This document shows, one piece after another, positions 56,543 to 64,000 of a DNA stretch of 64,000 nucleotides. A model generated the notes under the pieces. The model was not told where the DNA came from, made no database searches, and saw only the letters and a list, made by a program, of their open reading frames with translations. This DNA is from Gammaproteobacteria bacterium (GTDB taxonomy: Bacteria; Pseudomonadota; Gammaproteobacteria; PIVX01): contig PIVX01000004.1 in NCBI GenBank assembly GCA_003353785.1, forward strand, positions 47,163 to 111,162, in the 5' to 3' direction. The position numbers and the translations under genes were made by a program. Within the stretch, counting starts at the first letter, position 1. Every line of letters starts with the position of its first letter.

Positions 56543-57523
56543 GTGGAAATAATAGAGATTAACGGCCATTGGCTTCCAATTGCATTTGGTTTTTTATTGG
56601 CTCTAAGTGTATTTCTATATATGGTGCTTGATGGGTATGATCTTGGTGTTGGTTTATTATTACCATTTGGTAGAGATATTAAAATGCAAACTTCTATGAT
56701 TGCTAGTATGGGACCATTTTGGGACGCTAATGAAACTTGGTTAGTTTTGAGTGTAGGGATAATATTAATTGCTTTTCCAATGGCTCATGGAATAATTTTA
56801 ACCGCATTGTATCTACCGGTATTTGTCTTATTATTAGGAATTATCATGAGAGGAGTGGCTTATGAATTTAGAAATAATTGTAAGAAAAAATATATAGTTT
56901 GGTGGCATAGGTGTTTTTTCCTTGGTTCGTTTGTTATGTCGATCTCGCAAGGATATATAATAGGTATATTTAGCTCAGGACTTATTTATACAACTTTTAG
57001 CAATCAACTTGCTATTTTGATTGCTGTAGTTTTAACCCTTACCTATGCTTTTAATGGGGCTTCTTGGATGATTATTAAGTCTGAACATGCTCTATATGAA
57101 TTATCTATAGTTTTGGCTAAGCGTACTTTAAGGACTATGATGTTAAGTGTTTTTGCTCTAATGGTGTTTTTGTTATATGAATTTGGGTTTATACAGTCTA
57201 CAACGCATTTAATTCTATTTTGCTTAACCTTAGTGATTTATTTTGTATTAGAATTTTGTCTTAAGGGAATTTCAAATGGTAAAAATTGGCGGCCTTTCAT
57301 TGGGGTTGTTTTATTATTATCTATTTATGTAATTACTATTGTTTATACATCTTATCCTTATATAATTCCAAGTAAAATGACTGTTTGGGAGGGAGCGGCC
57401 TCAATTGAGGCATTAAGGATTATCTTTATTGGTGCTATGATAATATTACCAATGATAATTGCTTATAATATATTACTTCACAAGGTATTTTGGGGAAAAT
57501 TATCAGGTTTGTCCTATGATTAA
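56543..57523 (+). CDS. cydB: cytochrome bd-type quinol oxidase subunit II
   Basis: 326 aa. DGYDLGVG, GPFWDANETWLV and RGVAYEFR. GTG start. Confidence 0.9.
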   Translation: MEIIEINGHWLPIAFGFLLALSVFLYMVLDGYDLGVGLLLPFGRDIKMQTSMIASMGPFWDANETWLVLSVGIILIAFPMAHGIILTALYLPVFVLLLGIIMRGVAYEFRNNCKKKYIVWWHRCFFLGSFVMSISQGYIIGIFSSGLIYTTFSNQLAILIAVVLTLTYAFNGASWMIIKSEHALYELSIVLAKRTLRTMMLSVFALMVFLLYEFGFIQSTTHLILFCLTLVIYFVLEFCLKGISNGKNWRPFIGVVLLLSIYVITIVYTSYPYIIPSKMTVWEGAASIEALRIIFIGAMIILPMIIAYNILLHKVFWGKLSGLSYD

Positions 57524-57573
57524 CTTAAGGATTGGTTTTTGATGGTTATAATTTTTAATTAAAATTGTTTCAG

Positions 57574-58839
57574 ATGATTAGTAAATTTTTAGATCTAACA
57601 AATATGCAGAAATTTCTTAAAAGAAAGTTGATAAATTTTGGCCCTATAATGGGTTATAGCATTAGACAATTTTTTATTGATGATTGTTTATACAAGGCCT
57701 CTGCCCTAACTTTTACCACATTGTTATCAATTGTTCCTTTAATGTCTGTTAGTTTTACTGTATTGTCAGCTTTTCCTCAATCAAAACTTTTTGCAGCTGA
57801 GATCCAGAGTTTTATTTTTGAATCTTTTGTTGCTGGTAAGGGTAAGTTAATTGAATCGTATTTAGAAGAGTTTGCACTTCATGTTAGTGAATTATCTTCC
57901 ATTGGACTGTTATTTTTGATCTCCTCAGCAGTAATGATGTTATTTACTATCGAAGGTTCTATGAATCAGATCTGGAGAGTTAAAGAACGGCGTCATGGTA
58001 TTAGTGCTTTCTTAATGTACTGGGCCGTATTAACTTTAGTACCGTTTTTGCTGGGTGTTAGTTTAGCAATTAGTTCATATTTTATGTCATTACCTTTTTA
58101 TGCAGGAGCCGCAAAAAGTATAGGGTTAGATTCTCATACATATATAAAGTGGCTACCAACTATTTTCACTTTTATTATTTTCCTAGTTTTATACATAGCT
58201 GTTCCTAATATAAAAATTAGAGTGCGTTCAGGATTACTAGGAGCATTTTTAGCTACTTTATTGTTTAGTATGTCTAAATGGGGTTTTAGTTTATATTTGC
58301 AGCAATATAAAACTTACGAGTTATTGTATGGGGCATTTGCAATCATTCCAATATTTTTAGTTTGGTTATATATAGTCTGGATCGTGGTTCTATTTGGTGC
58401 TGAGATAGCTCATGCTTGTTCAATAGGTCATTTATCATCTAAGCATGATTCTTTAGATCCTTTTAGTCAAACTTTGATTTGGTTAAAAAGTATTTGGGAG
58501 GCTCAAATTGATGGTAAGATTTTGAATCTACATAATTTAACTGATATTGATGAATTTAGATATAAATTAACACCAATAGAGCAGCTTAATAGCTTATTAG
58601 ATGCAAAATTGCTCAGGCTAACTGCAAAAGGTGGATTATTGCTTAGTTGTGATTTGCGCACAGTCACGATTGGAGATTTATCTAGAAGATTACCCTGGAA
58701 AATACCTAGCTCTGAGGAATTGCCAGATCACCCTTTTCTTAATATTTTCCGGCGATCATTGGAGGATATAGAGAAAAATACTAATGAACCTCTTAGTAAG
58801 AATTTGCATAATATTTTTACATTATCAGGATCTGAATGA
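57574..58839 (+). CDS. yihY: YihY/BrkB-family inner membrane protein with a C-terminal soluble extension
   Basis: ASALTFTTLLSIVPL.., 6 TM segments, LFGAEIAH. ATG at 57574 preferred. Confidence 0.85.
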   Translation: MISKFLDLTNMQKFLKRKLINFGPIMGYSIRQFFIDDCLYKASALTFTTLLSIVPLMSVSFTVLSAFPQSKLFAAEIQSFIFESFVAGKGKLIESYLEEFALHVSELSSIGLLFLISSAVMMLFTIEGSMNQIWRVKERRHGISAFLMYWAVLTLVPFLLGVSLAISSYFMSLPFYAGAAKSIGLDSHTYIKWLPTIFTFIIFLVLYIAVPNIKIRVRSGLLGAFLATLLFSMSKWGFSLYLQQYKTYELLYGAFAIIPIFLVWLYIVWIVVLFGAEIAHACSIGHLSSKHDSLDPFSQTLIWLKSIWEAQIDGKILNLHNLTDIDEFRYKLTPIEQLNSLLDAKLLRLTAKGGLLLSCDLRTVTIGDLSRRLPWKIPSSEELPDHPFLNIFRRSLEDIEKNTNEPLSKNLHNIFTLSGSE

Positions 58840-58953
58840 AGCCATTTTGTGATTTTGGCTCAAAATAAATAGGCAAAGGTTAACTTTAAAGAATTACCAG
58901 ATAATTTTATTGCTTGGTACTATCTAAATAGATTCAATAAAGTATCTGATTAA

Positions 58954-59029
58954 TGGCTCCCCGGGACGGGCTCGAACCGCCGACCTAATGATTAACAGTC
59001 ACCCGCTCTACCGACTGAGCTACCGGGGA
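58954..59029 (-). tRNA. tRNA-Asn (GTT), CCA encoded
   Basis: The reverse complement TCCCCGGTAGCTCAGTCGGTAGAGCGGGTGACTGTTAATCATTAGGTCGGCGGTTCGAGCCCGTCCCGGGGAGCCA folds as a cloverleaf: 7-bp acceptor stem, D-loop AGTCGGTA, anticodon loop CTGTTAA, T-loop TTCGAGC. Confidence 0.95.
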
Positions 59030-59061
59030 ATATGATGAAATTCTACCGTGATGGTTTAGCA

Positions 59062-60249
59062 TCAGTCAAGTGATAACACAAAAGAATGCAATCTTTGAAC
59101 GGCTTCTTTAATTACATCATCATCTGCACTAAATGAAATACGAACATGCTGACTATTGCCAAATGCTGTACCAGGTACTATGGCGAGATTAGCTTCTTCT
59201 AGTAGTCTGTCACAGAATTCAACATCGTTTTTGAAATTATGTTTAGATAAAATTTCACTAATATTTGGAAAGCTATAAAAAGTTCCTTTGCTTGGGATAA
59301 CATTTATTCCATCAATATCTTTTAGAGCAGGGTAAAGCCAATCATGGCGTCTTTTAAAGTTATCTACCATGCTTTTAATTACTGAATTTGGTAGTTTCAA
59401 TGCACATGCAGCTGCCTTTTGTGCAATAGAATTTGGACAAGAGGTACTTTGAGATTGAACTATCTTCATTGCACGAATGAGTTCTTGTGGCCCTGCTGCA
59501 TAGCCAATTCTCCAGCCAGTCATAGAGTATGCTTTAGATACTCCATTTACGATAATAGCTCTATCAATTAGTTCGGGGCATGCTGTTGCAATATTATCGA
59601 ATTTATCTTCCCACAGTGTATGTTCATATATATCATCAGAAAGGATCATGATATTTGGATATTTACTAAGGATTTTTCCAATTGCTTGTAGATCTTTTTT
59701 AGTATAAGTAATCCCGGATGGATTCGATGGACTATTTAGCAAAAGCAGCCTAGTTTTATCTGTGATAGATTGTTCTAATATTTCTGGATTAAGCTTAAAT
59801 TTATCTTCAATCGAGGTTTGGATTATTATCGGAACACCTGATGCTAATTTTATCATTTCGGGATAAGAGACCCAATATGGAGAAACAACTAAAACTTCAT
59901 CTTCTGGATTGAGCAGAGCCACTAAGGTATTAAAAAGAGCTTGTTTTGCTCCAGAGGACACTATTAACTGATCTAATTCATAGTTAAGATTATTATCATT
60001 AATGAATTTTTGTTGAATAGCTTCTTTGAGCTCTAAGATTCCATCTATAGCTGTATATTTGGTAAAGCCTGCTGAAATAGCTTGTTTTGCTGATTCTTTA
60101 ATTTCATCGGGGGTGTCACAATCTGGTTCTCCTTGGCTTAGACTGATAACATTTTTACCCATGCCACGCAATTTATTGGCCTTTGCTGCAATGGCAAATG
60201 TGGCTGAAGGCTTGATTTGTTGGACTTTTTTTGAAATAGTATTATCCAT
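59062..60249 (-). CDS. aspC: class-I PLP aminotransferase (aspartate aminotransferase type)
   Basis: 395 aa with LSQGEPD, NSPSNPSG and SKAYSMTGWRIGY (PLP Lys). Confidence 0.85.
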   Translation of the reverse strand: MDNTISKKVQQIKPSATFAIAAKANKLRGMGKNVISLSQGEPDCDTPDEIKESAKQAISAGFTKYTAIDGILELKEAIQQKFINDNNLNYELDQLIVSSGAKQALFNTLVALLNPEDEVLVVSPYWVSYPEMIKLASGVPIIIQTSIEDKFKLNPEILEQSITDKTRLLLLNSPSNPSGITYTKKDLQAIGKILSKYPNIMILSDDIYEHTLWEDKFDNIATACPELIDRAIIVNGVSKAYSMTGWRIGYAAGPQELIRAMKIVQSQSTSCPNSIAQKAAACALKLPNSVIKSMVDNFKRRHDWLYPALKDIDGINVIPSKGTFYSFPNISEILSKHNFKNDVEFCDRLLEEANLAIVPGTAFGNSQHVRISFSADDDVIKEAVQRLHSFVLSLD

Positions 60250-60495
60250 TATTTACTCCAAGTTAATGTTATTATTATAAAAAAATCTATTAAAATTATA
60301 TAAGTATTATAGTTTATTATTTAGGACTAATATAATGTATTTAAAAATATTATAGTCTTTTTGATATTCAATGCTAAAGTATTTTTATTATGAATAAAGT
60401 GCTAAAATACAAAAATTAAATTAATTCAATACTGTATAAATCCAAGTTGGGTCTATTTAACGTATAAAGAATACTTTTAGGGGAGCTAACAAGAT

Positions 60496-61026
60496 ATGTC
60501 GGTATCTAAATTAAATACTTTTTGCTTGTCTGAAAAATTAGCAGCTTCCATTAAGAATATTTATCAACCAGCTGGTCTTAAGATCACAAAAGTGGTTAGT
60601 GAAGATGAAAGCTTAGAGTATGAAGCCTATCGTTTTGAACTAAGTGGTTGTAAGGCTGTTTTTCGTGCAGCTAAAACAACTCCTAATAAAATAGGACAAT
60701 TTGTTACAATATGGAAAAGACCTACTGCCATAAGTCCAATAATGCCTTTTGATATCAAAGATGATATAGATTTTATAATAATTAGTACCACGAATGGGCA
60801 TGATGAGGGGAATTTTATTTTTAGCAAGCATGTCTTAGTGGATCAGGAAATTATATCTGCTAATGGTAAAGACGGTAAAAGAGCAATTAGGGTTTATCCT
60901 CCTTGGTCGAAACCGGTTGCTCCACAAGCAATAAAAACTCAATCTTGGCAGCTTAAGTATTTTTTATCATTTGGGCAAGATTGTAAAGCTATGTTATCTT
61001 TAGTGGGAGATTACTTAAAAAATTAA
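60496..61026 (+). CDS. MepB-family protein
   Basis: KIGQFVTIWKRP...GNFIFSKHVL...GKRAIRVYPPWS...QAIKTQSWQLKYF matches my recollection of the MepB domain pattern. Confidence 0.6.
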   Translation: MSVSKLNTFCLSEKLAASIKNIYQPAGLKITKVVSEDESLEYEAYRFELSGCKAVFRAAKTTPNKIGQFVTIWKRPTAISPIMPFDIKDDIDFIIISTTNGHDEGNFIFSKHVLVDQEIISANGKDGKRAIRVYPPWSKPVAPQAIKTQSWQLKYFLSFGQDCKAMLSLVGDYLKN

Positions 61027-61209
61027 GATAGTTAATAATGTAATGTGCAATTAAATAGTGATTTTTAGTTTCTTATTTCAGGTGTGTTGTGAAGAAACAA
61101 TAATAAATATTTTAATAACAGTGAATTCCAGATTAGTTTTTCATATATACTATTATGCTTGAATGATTAATATAAATTAACCATAATAAAACAGAATTAT
61201 ATTTTATTT

Positions 61210-63231
61210 ATGCCAAAGAAAAATTTAGAAATTGTAACTTCACATACTCCAGCTGGTGATCAAGTTAGTGCTATTGAAAAATTGACTGAAGGTTTAGCTG
61301 ATGGTTTGGTGAATCAAACTTTGCTTGGGGTTACCGGATCAGGTAAGACCTTTACCGTTGCCAATGTTTTACATAATATTCAAAGACCAGCGATAGTTTT
61401 AGCCCCTAACAAGACTTTAGCTGCTCAATTATATGGGGAATTTAAAAACTTTTTCCCTAAGAATGCTGTTGAATACTTCGTCTCATATTATGATTATTAT
61501 CAGCCGGAAGCTTATGTGCCAGCTTCTGATACGTTTATTGAGAAAGACGCCTCTATCAATGAGCATATTGAACAAATGCGTTTGTCGGCAACTAAAGCGT
61601 TGCTGGAAAGAAAGGATGTGATTGTAGTTGCATCTGTATCTGCTATCTATGGCCTTGGAGATCCTAAAGCCTATATGGAAATGCTTTTGCATCTACGTCG
61701 AGGAGATATCATTGATCAACGGGGGATCCTTAAAAGGTTAGCTGAGTTACAGTATTCAAGAAATGATGTTGAATTAAGTCGTGGTACATTTAGAGTAAGG
61801 GGAGAGGTTATAGATATTTTTCCTGCTGATAGTGATCAAGATGCTATAAGAATAGAATTATTTGATGAGGAAGTAGAAAATATAGCTGTTTTTGATCCGT
61901 TAACTGGAGTCATATTATATAAATTGCAAAGAGTAACTATTTACCCTAAAACTCATTATGTAGCTCCTAGAGATACTTTGTTAGAGGCAATAGATGCTAT
62001 TAAGATTGATCTAGAAGATAGGTTGCATATTTTACAAAAGAATAACAAACGGCTAGAAGAGCAAAGGTTAAGTCAAAGAACTAGGTATGATATTGAAATG
62101 ATTATGGAGCTTGGATATTGTTCAGGGATTGAAAATTACTCTAGGTATTTGTCTAAAAGGACTCCTGGAAAGCATCCCCCTACATTATTGGATTATCTTC
62201 CTGATGATGCCATATTAATTGTTGATGAGTCTCATGTTATGATTCCGCAGCTAGGAGGTATGTACAAAGGTGATCGTTCTAGAAAAGAAACTCTAGTTGA
62301 GCATGGTTTTCGTTTGCCTTCAGCTCTAGATAATAGACCTTTAAAATTTGAAGAATTTGTTTCATTAAGTCCTCAAGCTATTTTTGTAAGTGCTACTCCT
62401 GGGAATTATGAAATAGAAAATTCAGATCAAATAGTTGAACAAGTCGTGCGTCCTACTGGTCTTTTGGATCCAGAAATAGAATTAAGACCTGTTAATACAC
62501 AAGTAGATGATTTGTTATCAGAAATTAATGTAAGAATAAAGAAAAATGAACGTGTTTTAGTGACTACTCTAACCAAGAAAATGGCAGAGGACTTAACAGA
62601 TTATTATTTTGAGCTTGGAATAAAAGTAAGATATTTACATTCTGGTGTGGATACAGTAGAGCGTGTTGAAATTATCAGAGATCTAAGATTGGGAGAATTT
62701 GATGTTCTTATTGGGATTAACTTACTTAGAGAAGGTTTAGACATGCCAGAGGTATCATTAGTTGCAATCTTAGATGCAGATAAGGAAGGTTTTTTACGCT
62801 CTAAAAGATCCTTAATCCAAACTATTGGTAGAGCAGCAAGAAATTTACATGGTAAGGCTATTTTATATGCAGACGTAGTTACTAAATCTATTAAAGCAGC
62901 TCTTGATGAAACTAATCGTCGTCGTGAGAAACAAGCTTCTTATAACAAACAGCATAATATTACCCCAATAGGAATTAGCAAAAATGTTGCTGATATTATG
63001 GGATTGTCAGATTATCTTGCAAAGAAAACCAACAAAAGCAATCGAAAAATTGACACTATTAATATTCAAGCTTTACCTCCTGCACAAGCAGCAAAAGAGA
63101 TCAAAAAAATTGAAAAAGAAATGTTGAAATATGCTGAAAAATTGGAATTTGAAAAAGCAGCAGAATTACGAGAGCAATTATTACATTTAGAAAAGCAGTT
63201 AATTGGGATAGATTTTGCACAAAGCAACTAA
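61210..63231 (+). CDS. uvrB: excinuclease ABC subunit B
   Basis: [14 protein letters not shown], the beta-hairpin region [10 protein letters not shown], and the C-terminal UVR domain [13 protein letters not shown]. Confidence 0.96.
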   Translation: MPKKNLEIVTSHTPAGDQVSAIEKLTEGLADGLVNQTLLGVTGSGKTFTVANVLHNIQRPAIVLAPNKTLAAQLYGEFKNFFPKNAVEYFVSYYDYYQPEAYVPASDTFIEKDASINEHIEQMRLSATKALLERKDVIVVASVSAIYGLGDPKAYMEMLLHLRRGDIIDQRGILKRLAELQYSRNDVELSRGTFRVRGEVIDIFPADSDQDAIRIELFDEEVENIAVFDPLTGVILYKLQRVTIYPKTHYVAPRDTLLEAIDAIKIDLEDRLHILQKNNKRLEEQRLSQRTRYDIEMIMELGYCSGIENYSRYLSKRTPGKHPPTLLDYLPDDAILIVDESHVMIPQLGGMYKGDRSRKETLVEHGFRLPSALDNRPLKFEEFVSLSPQAIFVSATPGNYEIENSDQIVEQVVRPTGLLDPEIELRPVNTQVDDLLSEINVRIKKNERVLVTTLTKKMAEDLTDYYFELGIKVRYLHSGVDTVERVEIIRDLRLGEFDVLIGINLLREGLDMPEVSLVAILDADKEGFLRSKRSLIQTIGRAARNLHGKAILYADVVTKSIKAALDETNRRREKQASYNKQHNITPIGISKNVADIMGLSDYLAKKTNKSNRKIDTINIQALPPAQAAKEIKKIEKEMLKYAEKLEFEKAAELREQLLHLEKQLIGIDFAQSN

Positions 63232-63309
63232 TATTACAGCTCTTAAAAATATTTAATAGATCTAGAATAAATTAAGATGATATTATGTGGGAATAGTAAG
63301 GAGATGTAT

Positions 63310-63930
63310 ATGAAATTGTTATTAAAATTAGTGCTCATAGTTTTTTGTGTTAATACCATTGCTGCAGTTAAATACTATGATGCTCGTCCTGGAACAAATT
63401 TTACGGATGATATTGCGCCAGAAGATGTATTGATCATTAAAATAACTACTTTCCCAGGTACAATAGTTTATAAAGATGGTGAAGGTGATTTGGATACTGA
63501 GTGTATCAATACTAAAAACTATATGCTGAATAAGCGTAATGCATTTAATCAATTTGCTACTTACGTTCCATATGATAGTAAGAGTGGTGAAATTAAGCTA
63601 ACAATAACTAATACAAATAAGCATCGTGAGCGTACAGTAATAATTTATACAATATCTGCACCTTCTTCTGTAAATGATGAAGAAAAAGTTCCGGATATTG
63701 TTTATGACTATACAGATGTTGAGTTACTTCTTAAGTCTACGAAAACTTTTTGTAAAGATGTTGGCAAACATTCTAAACATATATCCCAGAGTGTATATAA
63801 AAATCATATTAAACCGATTGGACATGATCCATTAGTAAAATCGGTAAAACATACTGTTAACAATGCTAGTAATCAAGCCTATAAGTCCCAAAAGAAATTT
63901 TTTAAAAAGAAACGGAAATTTCGTTTTTGA
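63310..63930 (+). CDS. hypothetical exported protein with a basic C-terminus
   Basis: Signal-like MKLLLKLVLIVFCVNTIAAV. AAGGAG lies 6 nt upstream of the ATG at 63310. Tail is KKFFKKKRKFRF. Confidence 0.6.
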   Translation: MKLLLKLVLIVFCVNTIAAVKYYDARPGTNFTDDIAPEDVLIIKITTFPGTIVYKDGEGDLDTECINTKNYMLNKRNAFNQFATYVPYDSKSGEIKLTITNTNKHRERTVIIYTISAPSSVNDEEKVPDIVYDYTDVELLLKSTKTFCKDVGKHSKHISQSVYKNHIKPIGHDPLVKSVKHTVNNASNQAYKSQKKFFKKKRKFRF

Positions 63931-64000
63931 TCTTACTAGCTCATAATTAGCAAAGGTTTGTAAATACTAAATCTAAGCAGTTGGAAGCTTCATCATTTAT

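Noticed and set aside
1-64000. Window-wide look for rRNA genes, CRISPR arrays, prophage modules, toxin-antitoxin pairs and classical defence systems.
   Set aside because: None was seen. The only RNA gene is tRNA-Asn. The only mobile-element traces are the two tnpA remnants. The SNF2-type helicase has no adjacent nuclease or methylase partner that would suggest a restriction-type defence system.

Overview
This is an AT-rich (visibly about 30-35% GC) gammaproteobacterial chromosome segment, and its gene content suggests a Legionellales-like intracellular bacterium (inference). The backbone is housekeeping. It starts with lptC(partial)-kdsD, followed by an E. coli-like syntenic run: orn-nnr-tsaE-amiB-mutL-miaA-hfq-hflX-hflK-hflC ... 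rnr-rlmB. The rest of the backbone is argD, sodB, grxD, ahpC, rnt, nth, an rnfB-like gene, metG, dcd, ihfB, a CDP-alcohol phosphatidyltransferase, hda, glsA, cydAB, yihY, tRNA-Asn, aspC, a MepB-like gene and uvrB. Accessory blocks interrupt this backbone:

- **Block 1 (1.5-6.4 kb):** a decayed region holding a 1088-aa repeat-containing, effector-like protein.
- **Block 2 (16.9-20.6 kb):** four genes inserted between hflC and rnr, including a signal-peptide-bearing SNF2-type helicase coupled to a beta-barrel protein.
- **Block 3 (36.9-42.1 kb):** two decayed IS200/IS605 tnpA remnants bracket a Fis-like regulator and a fatty-acid hydroxylase-family gene. An inverse autotransporter with a non-canonical passenger lies next to them.
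- **Block 4 (46.7-54.8 kb):** an outer-membrane-protein-rich block. It contains a tightly coupled four-gene operon: PqqD-like protein, ATP-grasp ligase, fold-type-III PLP decarboxylase, and a urea-transporter/M23-peptidase fusion. The operon is transcribed divergently from a Tsx/OmpK-like channel.

The block 4 operon is my best candidate for an undescribed modification or biosynthesis system. I saw no rRNA, CRISPR array or intact mobile element. All family assignments come from reading motifs in the translations and need HMM or BLAST confirmation.
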